Assembly: GCA_951406725.2 (NCBI GenBank) | Contig: OX597834.1 | Coordinates: 3,100,001-3,164,000 of the forward strand | Direction: 5' to 3' | Origin: Octopus vulgaris | Taxonomy: Eukaryota | DNA: 64,000 nt | Shown: piece after piece, positions 44,901-54,200 of the stretch | Numbering within the stretch: position 1 is the first letter of the stretch | How the letters are laid out: every line of letters begins with the position of its first letter | The notes under the pieces: model-generated | Databases searched by the model: none | Seen by the model: only the letters and a program-made list of their open reading frames with translations | Told to the model about the DNA's origin: nothing | Translations under genes and position numbers: made by a program

Positions 44901-47900
44901 GTTTCTACGGCCGAGTGCCCTTCCTAATTCCAACCGCTTTACAGGGTGTGCTGGGTGCTGTTATGTGGCACTGTACAAGCCCTTTACACCCCTAGCAAGA
45001 TTGGTCTTAACACTTCTGCTGCAGGGCACGGATCTTCTTGAGTCCAGCCAGGCAGGTACCAGGCATCTCGGTCCTTTCTCATCTCACCCAAAAGGGTTCA
45101 GCTTCCTGAGATTGTTCTTCAGTACTTCGTCCCGTATCTTCCTGGGGCTCCCACTTCAACCTGTTCCATCCCACTTAAGCAATACATTTGGCTGAGTAAT
45201 CTGAATGTGAAAGGGTTAAAAGAGATGTTGGACAACATAGACTCTGATGTGACAGTCACAGCTGGAGTGTCTTGATCATGGGTCTGCTAGATCAGTGTTA
45301 ACCTAGGGCTGAAATCCACCACCACCAACACCTTTACATCGACTGAAACAAGCTTAGGAAATTTTTTCCATTTCTACTCTAGGCACAAAGCCCAAAATTT
45401 TAAGGGAGGGGGCCAGTCGATTAGATCGACCCCAGTATGCAACTGGTACTTAATTTATTGACCTTGAAAGGATGAAAGGCAAAGTTGATCTCGGTGGAAT
45501 TCGAACTCAGAATGTAGCGGCAGACGAAATACCTATTTCTTTACTACCCACAAGAGGCTAAACAAAGAGAGGACAGACAAACGGATTAAGTCGATTATAT
45601 CGACCCCAGTGCGTAACTGGTATTTATTTAATAGACCCCGAAAGGATGAAAGGCAAAGTCGACCTCGGCATAATTTGAACCCAGAACGTAGCAGCAGACA
45701 AAATACCACTAAGCATTTCGCCCAGTGTGCTAACGATTCAGCCATCTTGCCACCAAGGAAATTGGTTCAACTGAAGTTGGGGTGCAATAATGGAACAACC
45801 CAAACACACTCAGCACATACCTCACCTGGTTTAGTCCATTTGTTAAAGGGCTTTATGAAGGTGGGTTCACTGCACATGCTGCAACAGGGGTTCCATACAG
45901 TCCCCTAAAAAAAGTGTTAAAAGCCATGAAGGGGACAGCAAGCAATACACTTATTTTAATTACAGCTACTTAAGGGTGGGAATCGGGTGGTGGTGGTGGT
46001 GGTGGTGGTAACAGTCATGATGATAGTGATGATGGTGGTAGCTGTGATGACGATTACGGTAAATGATGATGATGGCAATGTTGGTTGTGGTGGTGATGAC
46101 AATAATGGTGATGATGATGATGATGACAATGATAACAATGATGATAGCAGAAAGAATAAATAAATGAAAGAGACAAACCTCGTCGCCAGGCTGAAAGCTG
46201 ATCACATTCTTTCCAACGGAGACAACGGTTCCGGAAAAGTCTCGTCCCAAAATGAGCGGAAATTCAGAACCAACAAAGTGCTTACTGCCAAGTTGCCATC
46301 GGATGAGGTTGATGAGTTTTTCGCCGTAACCATCTGTTAATAGAATCAAACCACTAAGACATCCTACAAGATGACGGCACAATAGACTGGGTTTCCTCAT
46401 CAGGGGTGGTCACTAAATACTTCAACTTCGGACCACTTACTGACCTTCAATGAAGAACAAGTAAAACTCACAATGACATATTCTGCAGACATCTAGGGGA
46501 CAGAGATGTTGCTAGACATACATACCAACATCTATGAGTGGACCTAAAAGAAGGACAACTGACTGCATAAAACTTTAATGGGCTGGTCATGCCTGGAACG
46601 TCTTTGATCATATGTCTGTTCAAACAAAGCTGACCTGGGGTTAACATCATTATAATCCTTAGTCTTTTCCTGGGGGTCATAACAGATAAGGAACAGGCCT
46701 GGAAGGAAATGGAAATAAACAGGAAAGAGGAAACTCCAGGAGAGAGCTGGAAGAGGAGGAGCTGGAAGAGGAGGAGCTGGAAGAGGAGGAGCTGGAAGAG
46801 GAGAGAGCTGGAAGAGGAGAGAGCTGGAAGAGGAGAGAGCTGGAAGAGGAGAGAGCTGGAAGAGGAGGAGCTGGAAGAGGAGAGAGCTGGAAGAGGAGAG
46901 AGCTGGAAGAGGAGGAGCTGGAAGAGGAGGGAGCTGGGAGAGGAGGAGCTGGAAGAGGAGAGAGCTGGAAGAGGAGGAGCTGGAAGAGGAGGAGCTGGAA
47001 GAGGAGGAGCTGGAAGAAGAGGAGCTGGAAGTGGAGGTGCTGGAAGAGGAGGAGCTGGAAGAGGAGGAGCTGGAAGAGGAGGAGTTGGCAATCAGGTGGG
47101 GAGGGGACACCTTGGCCAGTTCGCAATTACAGAGGAGAGAGCTGGAAGAGGAGGAGCTGGAAGAGGAGAGAGCTGGAAGAGGAGAGAGCTGGAAGAGGAG
47201 GAGCTGGAAGAGGAGGGAGCTGGGAGAGGAGGAGCTGGAAGAGGAGAGAGCTGGAAGAGGAGGAGCTGGAAGAGGAGAGAGCTGGAAGAGGAGAGAGCTG
47301 GAAGAGGAGGAGCTGGAAGAGGAGGGAGCTGGGAGAGGAGGAGCTGGAAGAGGAGAGAGCTGGAAGAGGAGGAGCTGGAAGAGGAGGAGCTGGAAGAGGA
47401 GGAGCTGGAAGAAGAGGAGCTGGAAGTGGAGGTGCTGGAAGAGGAGGAGCTGGAAGAGGAGGAGCTGGAAGAGGAGGAGTTGGCAATCAGGTGGGGAGGG
47501 GACACCTTGGCCAGTTCGCAATTACAGATTTGATGCTGAATTATTTGCCAGCAGATGTTTGAATATTTTGCTTTTTCTCAGCCTCTCTCCTCTTTCCTTC
47601 TCTCTCCTCTTTCCCTCTCTCTCCTTTCCTCCTCTTTCCCTCTCTCTCCCTTTCTCCTCTTTCCCTCTCTCTCCTCTTTCTCTCTCTCTCCCTTTCTCCT
47701 CTTTCCCTCTAATTATGTGTGTAAACATATTTCCTTTTAAGTGGATGAGGAGAGAGAAAGTGTTCCCATCATTCAGGTACAATTGATAAATTGTAATGTT
47801 TTCAATCGATCTACCTGTCTGTCTAGCCAGCCAGCCATCCGTCCGTCTGTCATCATCATTGTTTAACATCCGCTTTCCATACTGGCAAGAATTGGATGGT

Positions 47901-50655
47901 TTTGACTGAGGACAGGCAAGCCAGGAGGCTGCACCAGGCTCCAATCTGATGTGGCAGTGTTTCTACAGCTGGATGCCCTTCCTAATGCCAACCACTCTGA
48001 GAGTGTAGTGGGTGCTCTTTACACGCCACAAGCATGGGAGCCAGTTGGGCGGCACTGGCATCGGCCATATTCAGATGGTGCTTTTTACATGTCACTGGCA
48101 CAGTTAGCCAGACGGGCGACACTGGCATCGATCCATGCATGAATGGAGCTTGTTGCATGCCACCAGCACAGGAGCCAGTCAGGCGGCACTAGCAATGGCC
48201 ACAACTACAATTTCCATTTGATTGTTATTTGATTTTGATTTACTTGACTCAACAGGTCTCCTCAAGCACGGCATGTCACCTGACAATCCAAAGGTACAAC
48301 ACTGGTGTAGGCTATGGCTGTGATCTCACTTTACTTGCTGGGTCTTATCTGTCTATCTATCCATCTATGTATGTATGTAGCTCTCTATCTATCTATCCCT
48401 CCATCTTTCTGTCTGTCTATCTATATGTGTATATTTCTGTATGCATATGTGCAGGAGTTGACCTCCAGCACCAAAAAGTACTGCAGCCAAAACTGGCCGA
48501 ATGTCCAGTAATCAGCTGAGCCAAATCATCAGTGTCCAAAAAGCTGCATTTGATCATCTCATTTCACTGTAAGGAATATCTCTCATGGAGAGGAACTGAA
48601 AACAAGAGGCTTACCACATTCTGCGATGAGAGGAAGAGAGACGTGAAGGGATTGTGATTGAGAAGCAATGCGTCAGGTGAATGAAGGAGTTGTTGAAATG
48701 ACAGTGATGCACCTCCACTCACTGATGCTGATAGGAAAGAGATGGGGAAACATTATTAGATGAAGGATTGCTGAATGAGGAGGGTTACGATGAGTAGACC
48801 CAAAAGAGGCAGCGGTTATTGGGGTGGACAATTTACATGGTCAAAAGTACAATTGAGGATATGAAAGCAGGAAAAAGAACTTGAAGACCAGTGAGTATGT
48901 GTGCAAGACAAGGAAACTGCACTGATATGAAGACATGATGTGGATGGAGGACAGCAGTTGTATGAAGAAATGCCAAAAGATGGAAGGAGAAGCAACCTTT
49001 GGAAGAGGAAAACCAACACAGACATAGGCAGAAGTGGTGAAGGCTGATCTCAGGAGGTTAACCATTACCAAGGAAACAACAAACAAACATAACAAGTGGT
49101 TGGGATTTTGTGGTGGACAAGTCCTGTCCAACCCATACAAGCTCGGAAAAACAGACATAAAAATGATGATGATCCCAATTTCCTTCATTTCAAGTGGATG
49201 AGAGACACAGCTCTCATTGGAGAGAACACTAGTCAATAATAGGAAGGTGTAATTTGAGGAAGATGTGTCTGTTATTTCTAACAGGTCTAGCTACCAGAGA
49301 GAGGTCTCTATTGATGGATCATATACATACACACACACATACATACACGTTGCATTATTCACCAAAAGACAACATCCTCTACATGGTTAATAGACTTGCT
49401 AGAAATAACGACCAAATTTTCCTCAAACCACACCCTGAGGAAAATTTGGTCGTTATTGCTAGCAAGTCTATTAACCATGTAGAGGATGTAGTCTATTGGG
49501 GGATACTCACACACCTAAACAGGAAGTATTCATTATCCTCATTTTAAAAAAGAATTGTTAAGATTTTGAGTTGTTTTTTTTTAACACTAAGCATTTAAAG
49601 CGAATTTCCTTTGATTTCCTCCATTTCAATTTGCACGAGAACACGCGAAAACAATCTACCGCGTTAACCGAGGAACAACTGCATGTTCGTATACGCATGT
49701 GTTCGTATATAGATATTGTTCTGATTTAGGCCAAAGGCGAACAGTTTTGAGGGGAAGGCGTTAAACGATACCAGCGGCCTTAGTATTTGAATGGTTCTTT
49801 ATTTTAAATGAAATGAGGAATGCTTCCAACAATGCAAGAGATGAAAGTTGAAAAAGCTTTCGAGACTTCCATTGCGAGAAGCTTTCCTAATTTCTTTTAT
49901 TGTTCTCTGAAATATTATAATTGTTGTTGTACTACAATGTTTCAAAAGAACTACAACGCCCTTCTTGTAATTTATTTTATTTTTGCCGGGGATGAAAGGC
50001 AAAGTCGACCTCGGGGGAATTTGAACTCAGAACGCAAAAAGCCGAAAGAAATACCGCTAAGCATTTTGTCCGAAAAGCTAACGATTCTGCCGATTCACTA
50101 CTTTTTGAAAATAACATCTGTTTCTAGCATAGAGGCTCAAGGCCAGAAATATGGGGCGTTGGTCGTTTCAATCAACTCCGGTAGTAAACTGGTAATTTAT
50201 TTTATAAAACTCAGAGCGAATGAAAAGCAGTTGAACTCGGCGGGATTTGAACTCGGGTCGCTAAATGATTCTGGCACCAACAAAAGTTGGAGATGGGTGT
50301 AAATGCGAGGTAAAGCATGGAAAAGAGCCTTACCTCTCATCATGACATCAATCGGATTGACGCTGGCGGCATGGACGTCGACCAACACATCTCCGGGATC
50401 CAACACAGACGGGACACGGGTGGTTTTTGACAAGGTCATCTGGTCACAGCCGTAGGAATAGATATTCCATGCCGACATTTGGTGGCTGAAGCTGGTCTGT
50501 TCGCCGCCATCAGAAAAGCTGCGGCACTGCAGGAGGAGCTGCTGCTGCACCAAGGTGACTCTGCTGCCGTTCTTCGCCCCATTCTTCAAATGATTTGACA
50601 ACAGTTTCAAAGACGAAATATTCTTATATAACTTCGACATCCTCAACATCATCAT
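36717..50655 (-). CDS. RTN4IP1: Reticulon-4-interacting protein 1, mitochondrial (MDR/quinone oxidoreductase-like); complete 9-exon gene, 1242 nt CDS, 413 aa
   Basis: Exons 50334-50655, 46179-46333, 44359-44427, 40620-40744, 40144-40192, 38727-38863, 38311-38485, 37363-37455, 36717-36833. All introns are GT-AG and the phases join into one open frame. Motifs: [45 protein letters not shown] (nucleotide binding), YRWAFF, GHSRGKTVI. Confidence 0.95.
37363..37455 (-). CDS. RTN4IP1: RTN4IP1 exon 8 (NLKNGQSYRWAFFVPDWRALKCIGQLVDNGQ)
   Basis: 93 nt; acceptor tttcAG, donor GTGAGT. Confidence 0.93.
38311..38485 (-). CDS. RTN4IP1: RTN4IP1 exon 7 (FHLYLDVLGKK...KYVTIKTPFLEDTD...)
   Basis: 175 nt; acceptor ctccAG, donor GTTTGT; phase 2 to 0. 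Confidence 0.9.
38727..38863 (-). CDS. RTN4IP1: RTN4IP1 exon 6 ([33 protein letters not shown]...)
   Basis: 137 nt; acceptor ttccAG, donor GTGAGT. Confidence 0.93.
39144..39963. mobile_element. hAT-type MITE carrying a nested SINE
   Basis: Imperfect TIRs (CAGGGAC...GGGTAGGCA / TGCCTACCC...GTGCCTC); 8-bp TSD AACAGCAT / AACAACAT. Confidence 0.68.
40144..40192 (-). CDS. RTN4IP1: RTN4IP1 exon 5 ([17 protein letters not shown])
   Basis: 49 nt; acceptor ttttccAG, donor GTTGGT; glycine-rich NAD(P)H-binding loop. Confidence 0.92.
40620..40744 (-). CDS. RTN4IP1: RTN4IP1 exon 4 ([41 protein letters not shown])
   Basis: 125 nt; acceptor tgtcAG, donor GTAAGT. Confidence 0.93.
40885..41818. repeat. Near-perfect inverted duplication with arms of about 300 bp in RTN4IP1 intron 3
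   Basis: 40885-41187 is the reverse complement of 41515-41818; (TA)n tracts border a spacer of about 250 bp. Confidence 0.93.
42887..44110 (+). mobile_element. 5'-truncated RTE-type LINE in RTN4IP1 intron 3
   Basis: 399-aa open RT ORF (NGFRHGRST, DFSKAFDSV, QGDTLAP, FADD); (TGA)n tail; candidate TSD AGCATC at 42881-42886 and 44110-44115. Confidence 0.92.
44359..44427 (-). CDS. RTN4IP1: RTN4IP1 exon 3 (VFGVVGAHNQGSHAQFCVASTKE)
   Basis: 69 nt; acceptor cactAG, donor GTGAGT; this frame is not in the ORF track and was translated by hand. Confidence 0.9.
46179..46333 (-). CDS. RTN4IP1: RTN4IP1 exon 2 (DGYGEKLINL...[28 protein letters not shown])
   Basis: Acceptor ttaacAG, donor GTTTGT; phase 1 to 0. 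Confidence 0.93.
46739..47527 (+). repeat. Purine-rich 15/16-bp minisatellite (GAGCTGGAAGAGGAG[A]) with a 395-bp higher-order duplication
   Basis: The unique 50-mer GAGTTGGCAATCAGGTGGGGAGGGGACACCTTGGCCAGTTCGCAATTACAGA occurs at about 47082 and 47477. Confidence 0.92.
48770..49172 (+). mobile_element. Old decayed RTE 3' fragment
   Basis: Degenerate similarity to the C-terminus and 3' UTR of the 55589-58352 element; (GAT)n tail. Confidence 0.5.
50334..50655 (-). CDS. RTN4IP1: RTN4IP1 exon 1 (transit-peptide-like N-terminus to ...[14 protein letters not shown])
   Basis: ATG at 50655; basic, Ser/Leu-rich N-terminus; donor G|GTAAGG. Confidence 0.92.
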
Positions 50656-51222
50656 TATCGTGTGTGTGTGTGTGTGTGTGTGTTTATGTTTTCAGTGGTT
50701 GGTGGTGGCGGGAGCACTAAAATATACAGTATATCCTGAGAAAGGCCATAAACCTCAGCCGAGATGCAGCTCCGGGCATGATTCACAAAAACACAAGAAA
50801 AGACAATAAACAACGTGCGGCGGCCTTCGTTTAGTTTATATTCGTGCGGTGCCCACACAATTAATCTACTCTGTAAATTTGGTACCAGCCAAATCCTCTC
50901 TTTGTCTCTCTTTCGCTCTCTCTCTCTTCCTCTTTTTCTTTTTTTCATTCTAACTTCATATCTCTCTCCCTTCTCTCTTTTTCCTATTCTCTCTCTCTTC
51001 CCTATTCCCTCTCTCTCTCTCTCTTCTCTCTCCGTCTCTCGTATCACTCTTCTCTCTTTCTCTCTTTAAGACAAAGCCGGATCACAATGTCGACAGAACT
51101 AGTTTTCCCCTGACACCGGTTTCATGTCAGCATGTTCAAGGTCGAAACTTTTATAAAATTCTTCAACAACAACATTTATAATATTTCAGAGAAATTTTTG
51201 TTTCGAAATCGCTTTTAAAAGA
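50656..51222. promoter_or_regulatory. Putative bidirectional promoter and 5' UTRs shared by RTN4IP1 and QRSL1
   Basis: 567 bp between divergent ATGs; relatively CpG-rich; contains a (GT)n run and a CT tract (about 50896-51066). Promoter function is inferred from position. Confidence 0.75.
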
Positions 51223-51258
51223 ATGACCACACCCTGGTTGTCTCTCTCACTGAAGGAG
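51223..51258 (+). CDS. QRSL1: QRSL1 exon 1 ([12 protein letters not shown])
   Basis: ATG followed by 12 codons and donor GAG|GTATCG; phase 0 fits exon 2; short first coding exon ending in SL(K/R)E as recalled for vertebrates. Confidence 0.75.
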
Positions 51259-54200
51259 GTATCGTACGACCGCTCTTCTCTGTTTTTTTATCTTATGTTT
51301 TATGAACATCGCCGATTTATCTCTTCTAGCTTTTATTTTTATTTTTCTACTTGTTTCATTCATTGGGCTACAGTCATACAGAGAGAGAGAGACAACGGTA
51401 TAGAGTAGCATCTTAGACTTACCATCATACGTCCCCGTTTGTCTAGGACAATCGGGACAGTCCCCCTTTCAGCCCCGGGTTGAAAATTCCTTCTCGGGGT
51501 TGCGGTCGGGTTCACAAATCTGACCTGTTTGACACTGAAATATCCGGAAATGTCTCAAAAAGAACTAAAAGTGTTGAAACCGGCAAGGTGTCCAGACCCT
51601 GCCGTACACAACTCAGACACGAACTAACGTACATCGTGGCTCGGTCTAAACCTTGCAGCGAATATCCTTAACAGATGTGTGTTGTGTTACGTCCTTATCT
51701 CGTAATCAAGGTGTTGTAGTTTAGAGGCATTTTATAGTTTATAGTTTTCCTGCTTGTTTATTTATTATTTATTTCGTATAAATAATGAATAGATACTTAT
51801 GCATGCGCTAATTCTCTACTCTGAAGTTTCGAATCTTATCATAGGAGAGAAAAGGACGCACTTGCACATAAGGAAAATTAGGTGATATAAATTCATCGTA
51901 CAAACATCTGTATTTATGTTATGAAGTTGTGGAAGAAGGAGACCCAGGAAGGAAGTACTGAAATATTGAGCCTTACGAAGGAGGGGACCGTGGTATGTGG
52001 TGCATTGCTGTACTGAAGAGGACCCGCCCACCACAACGGAATTGCGATCCTAAAAACAAGGGGCCACATAAAAAGCACCCAGTACACTTTGTAAAGTGGT
52101 TGGTGTTAGGAAGGGCATCGAACCTTAGAAACCAAGCCAGAACAGACTATAGAGTTTGGTGTGGCCCCTGGCCTTTCCAGTTCCTGTCAAGCTCTCCGAC
52201 CCATGCCAGCATGGAAAACGGACGTTAAATGTTGAGGAAGAGGATACGTAAAATTTGAAGATTGGTCTGGTTTGAGCCTAAGGAATTATAGGCCCATATA
52301 TATATATATAGTTCAAATTTATAGAAAAACAAAGACATAGAGAGGTGTAGGAACAACAGGCAAAGGGTGTAATGGGTAAATTGTCTCCATTTTATATTTT
52401 TTAATTTTGTGCATGCACATTGTTTTTGATTTTGTCGACTATACAGTATAGTAGGGTCAGTTGGGCACCATGTATGGGAAAAACAGCACCATGACACAAT
52501 TCAGTCTGCCAGAAATTTGGAAACAACATGCTGTACTGCTTGGCATTCATGCTGAAAGCTCCAATACAAATATTTCAGAGTGTTTGGGTGTCAACTGAGG
52601 ACATGTACCGAGAGTGACAAAAATCAAACATCCTGTCAACATGATGGTGTTTGAAGTGATCACTAGTGATGGCGACGTTAGGCTTCCATTCGTATTCCCA
52701 CACAGCCTCAAACACAAGTGCCTGGAGGAAGTAGTGTTGCCCTGGGTCAAGAGGGTGGCTGCTGGAAGACCCTATGTCTGGCAACAGGACTCTGCACCAT
52801 GCCACACAAGCAGGAGAACCCAGTCATGGCTGTCAGACAATTTCTGCAACCACATCACCCCTAACATCTGGCCACTTAAATCCCCAGACTGCAACCCCCT
52901 TGATTATTATGTGTAGGGTGCAATTAAGCAAGAGATCAACAAAACTCCTTGTAACACCAAAGATGAAGTGAAGGCAAGGATTATGGCAGCATTCACCAAC
53001 TAAAACAAGGAGACTGTCCAGAAGAATTGCAGGAGATTCCGAAGTCGTCTGGAGGCCATGGTTGAAACCAATGGCAATTTTATTGAATAAATTTACTCTT
53101 TAGTATTTCAAGATATTTTAATGTAATTTTGGCATATATATCTGTCAAAGTGAGATGTCAGTGTTATTTTCATTTTTGCGTAATTTAGACAACAGTTTAT
53201 TCACTGTATCACCATCATCATCATTGTCATTTAACATCCACTTTCCATGCTGGCATGGGTTGGACGGTTTGATTGAGGACTGGCAAGCCGGAAGGCTACA
53301 CCAGGCTCCAATCTGATAGATATATAAATTTTAAATATCATTGCAATACAATATCACTTTCCAGCCAAATAAAGGTAGCATTATAAATAAGAAATAGTGG
53401 TATGACAAGGCACCAGTGTTTGCTGGAAATAACAGTCAATAATGATCCAACACTATGTAAAGCTTCACTGAAATATATTCTGGCAAAGATGTATGCAGGC
53501 AGCGAACTTAAAAAATTTTCATCTTACTTCTAGGCAGAACATCGTAAAAATGGACAACCCAGAGTGGATAATCTAGGACCTGAGTTTCAAACTTTCCAAA
53601 GTACGGTTGTTATCATAAATTTGATTAGTCCTCATCAGCTATATTCACCAGTGACAAAATTTTAAAGTATCACTACATCTTGCCAGTATATTCAGTTGAA
53701 TGCCATTAACAGAACTGAGGTCAGTGAAAAAGTTTTCTATAAAAATCTTAAATATCATTGCAAACACTGGATTATCCATTCAGGGTTGTCCATTTTTACG
53801 ATGTTCTGCCGAGACGAAAATTTTTGAAGTTTGCTGCCTGCATACATCTTTGGCAGAATATATGTCAGTGAAGCTTTACATAGTATCGTATTGTTATCGA
53901 CTGTTATTTCCAGCAAACATTGGTGCCTTGTTGTACCACTATTTCTTATTTATAAATGGTGGTGGTGGTGGTGGTGGAACCATTCAGTAATGTTTCCTTT
54001 GTGTCTTTTTGCAGGCCCTTCACCAAATCAAACAGCACCAGATCTGTCCTGTGGAACTTACCAAAAAATGTGTCCAGCGTGCCAAGCAGTTACGAGAGTT
54101 GAATATGTTCATCACGGAATGTTATTCCAATCCTCACCACCAGACGGAGCCACACACACCTGTTGCTACTAACAACACAGGTAAATTGTTTCATGGTTAA

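Noticed and set aside
46739-47527. Regular repeats that might suggest a CRISPR array (also 32955-33180 and 6979-7029)
   Set aside because: There are no unique spacers or cas genes and the context is eukaryotic; these are tandem or subterminal repeats
46468-47786. Long PAPPL, EEEEL and SWKRR repeat ORFs on both strands
   Set aside because: They are stop-free frames of a minisatellite inside RTN4IP1 intron 1
51410-51480. hAT-like terminal sequence (TAGACTTACCAT...CGTCCCCG) in QRSL1 intron 1
   Set aside because: I found no matching second terminus or TSD
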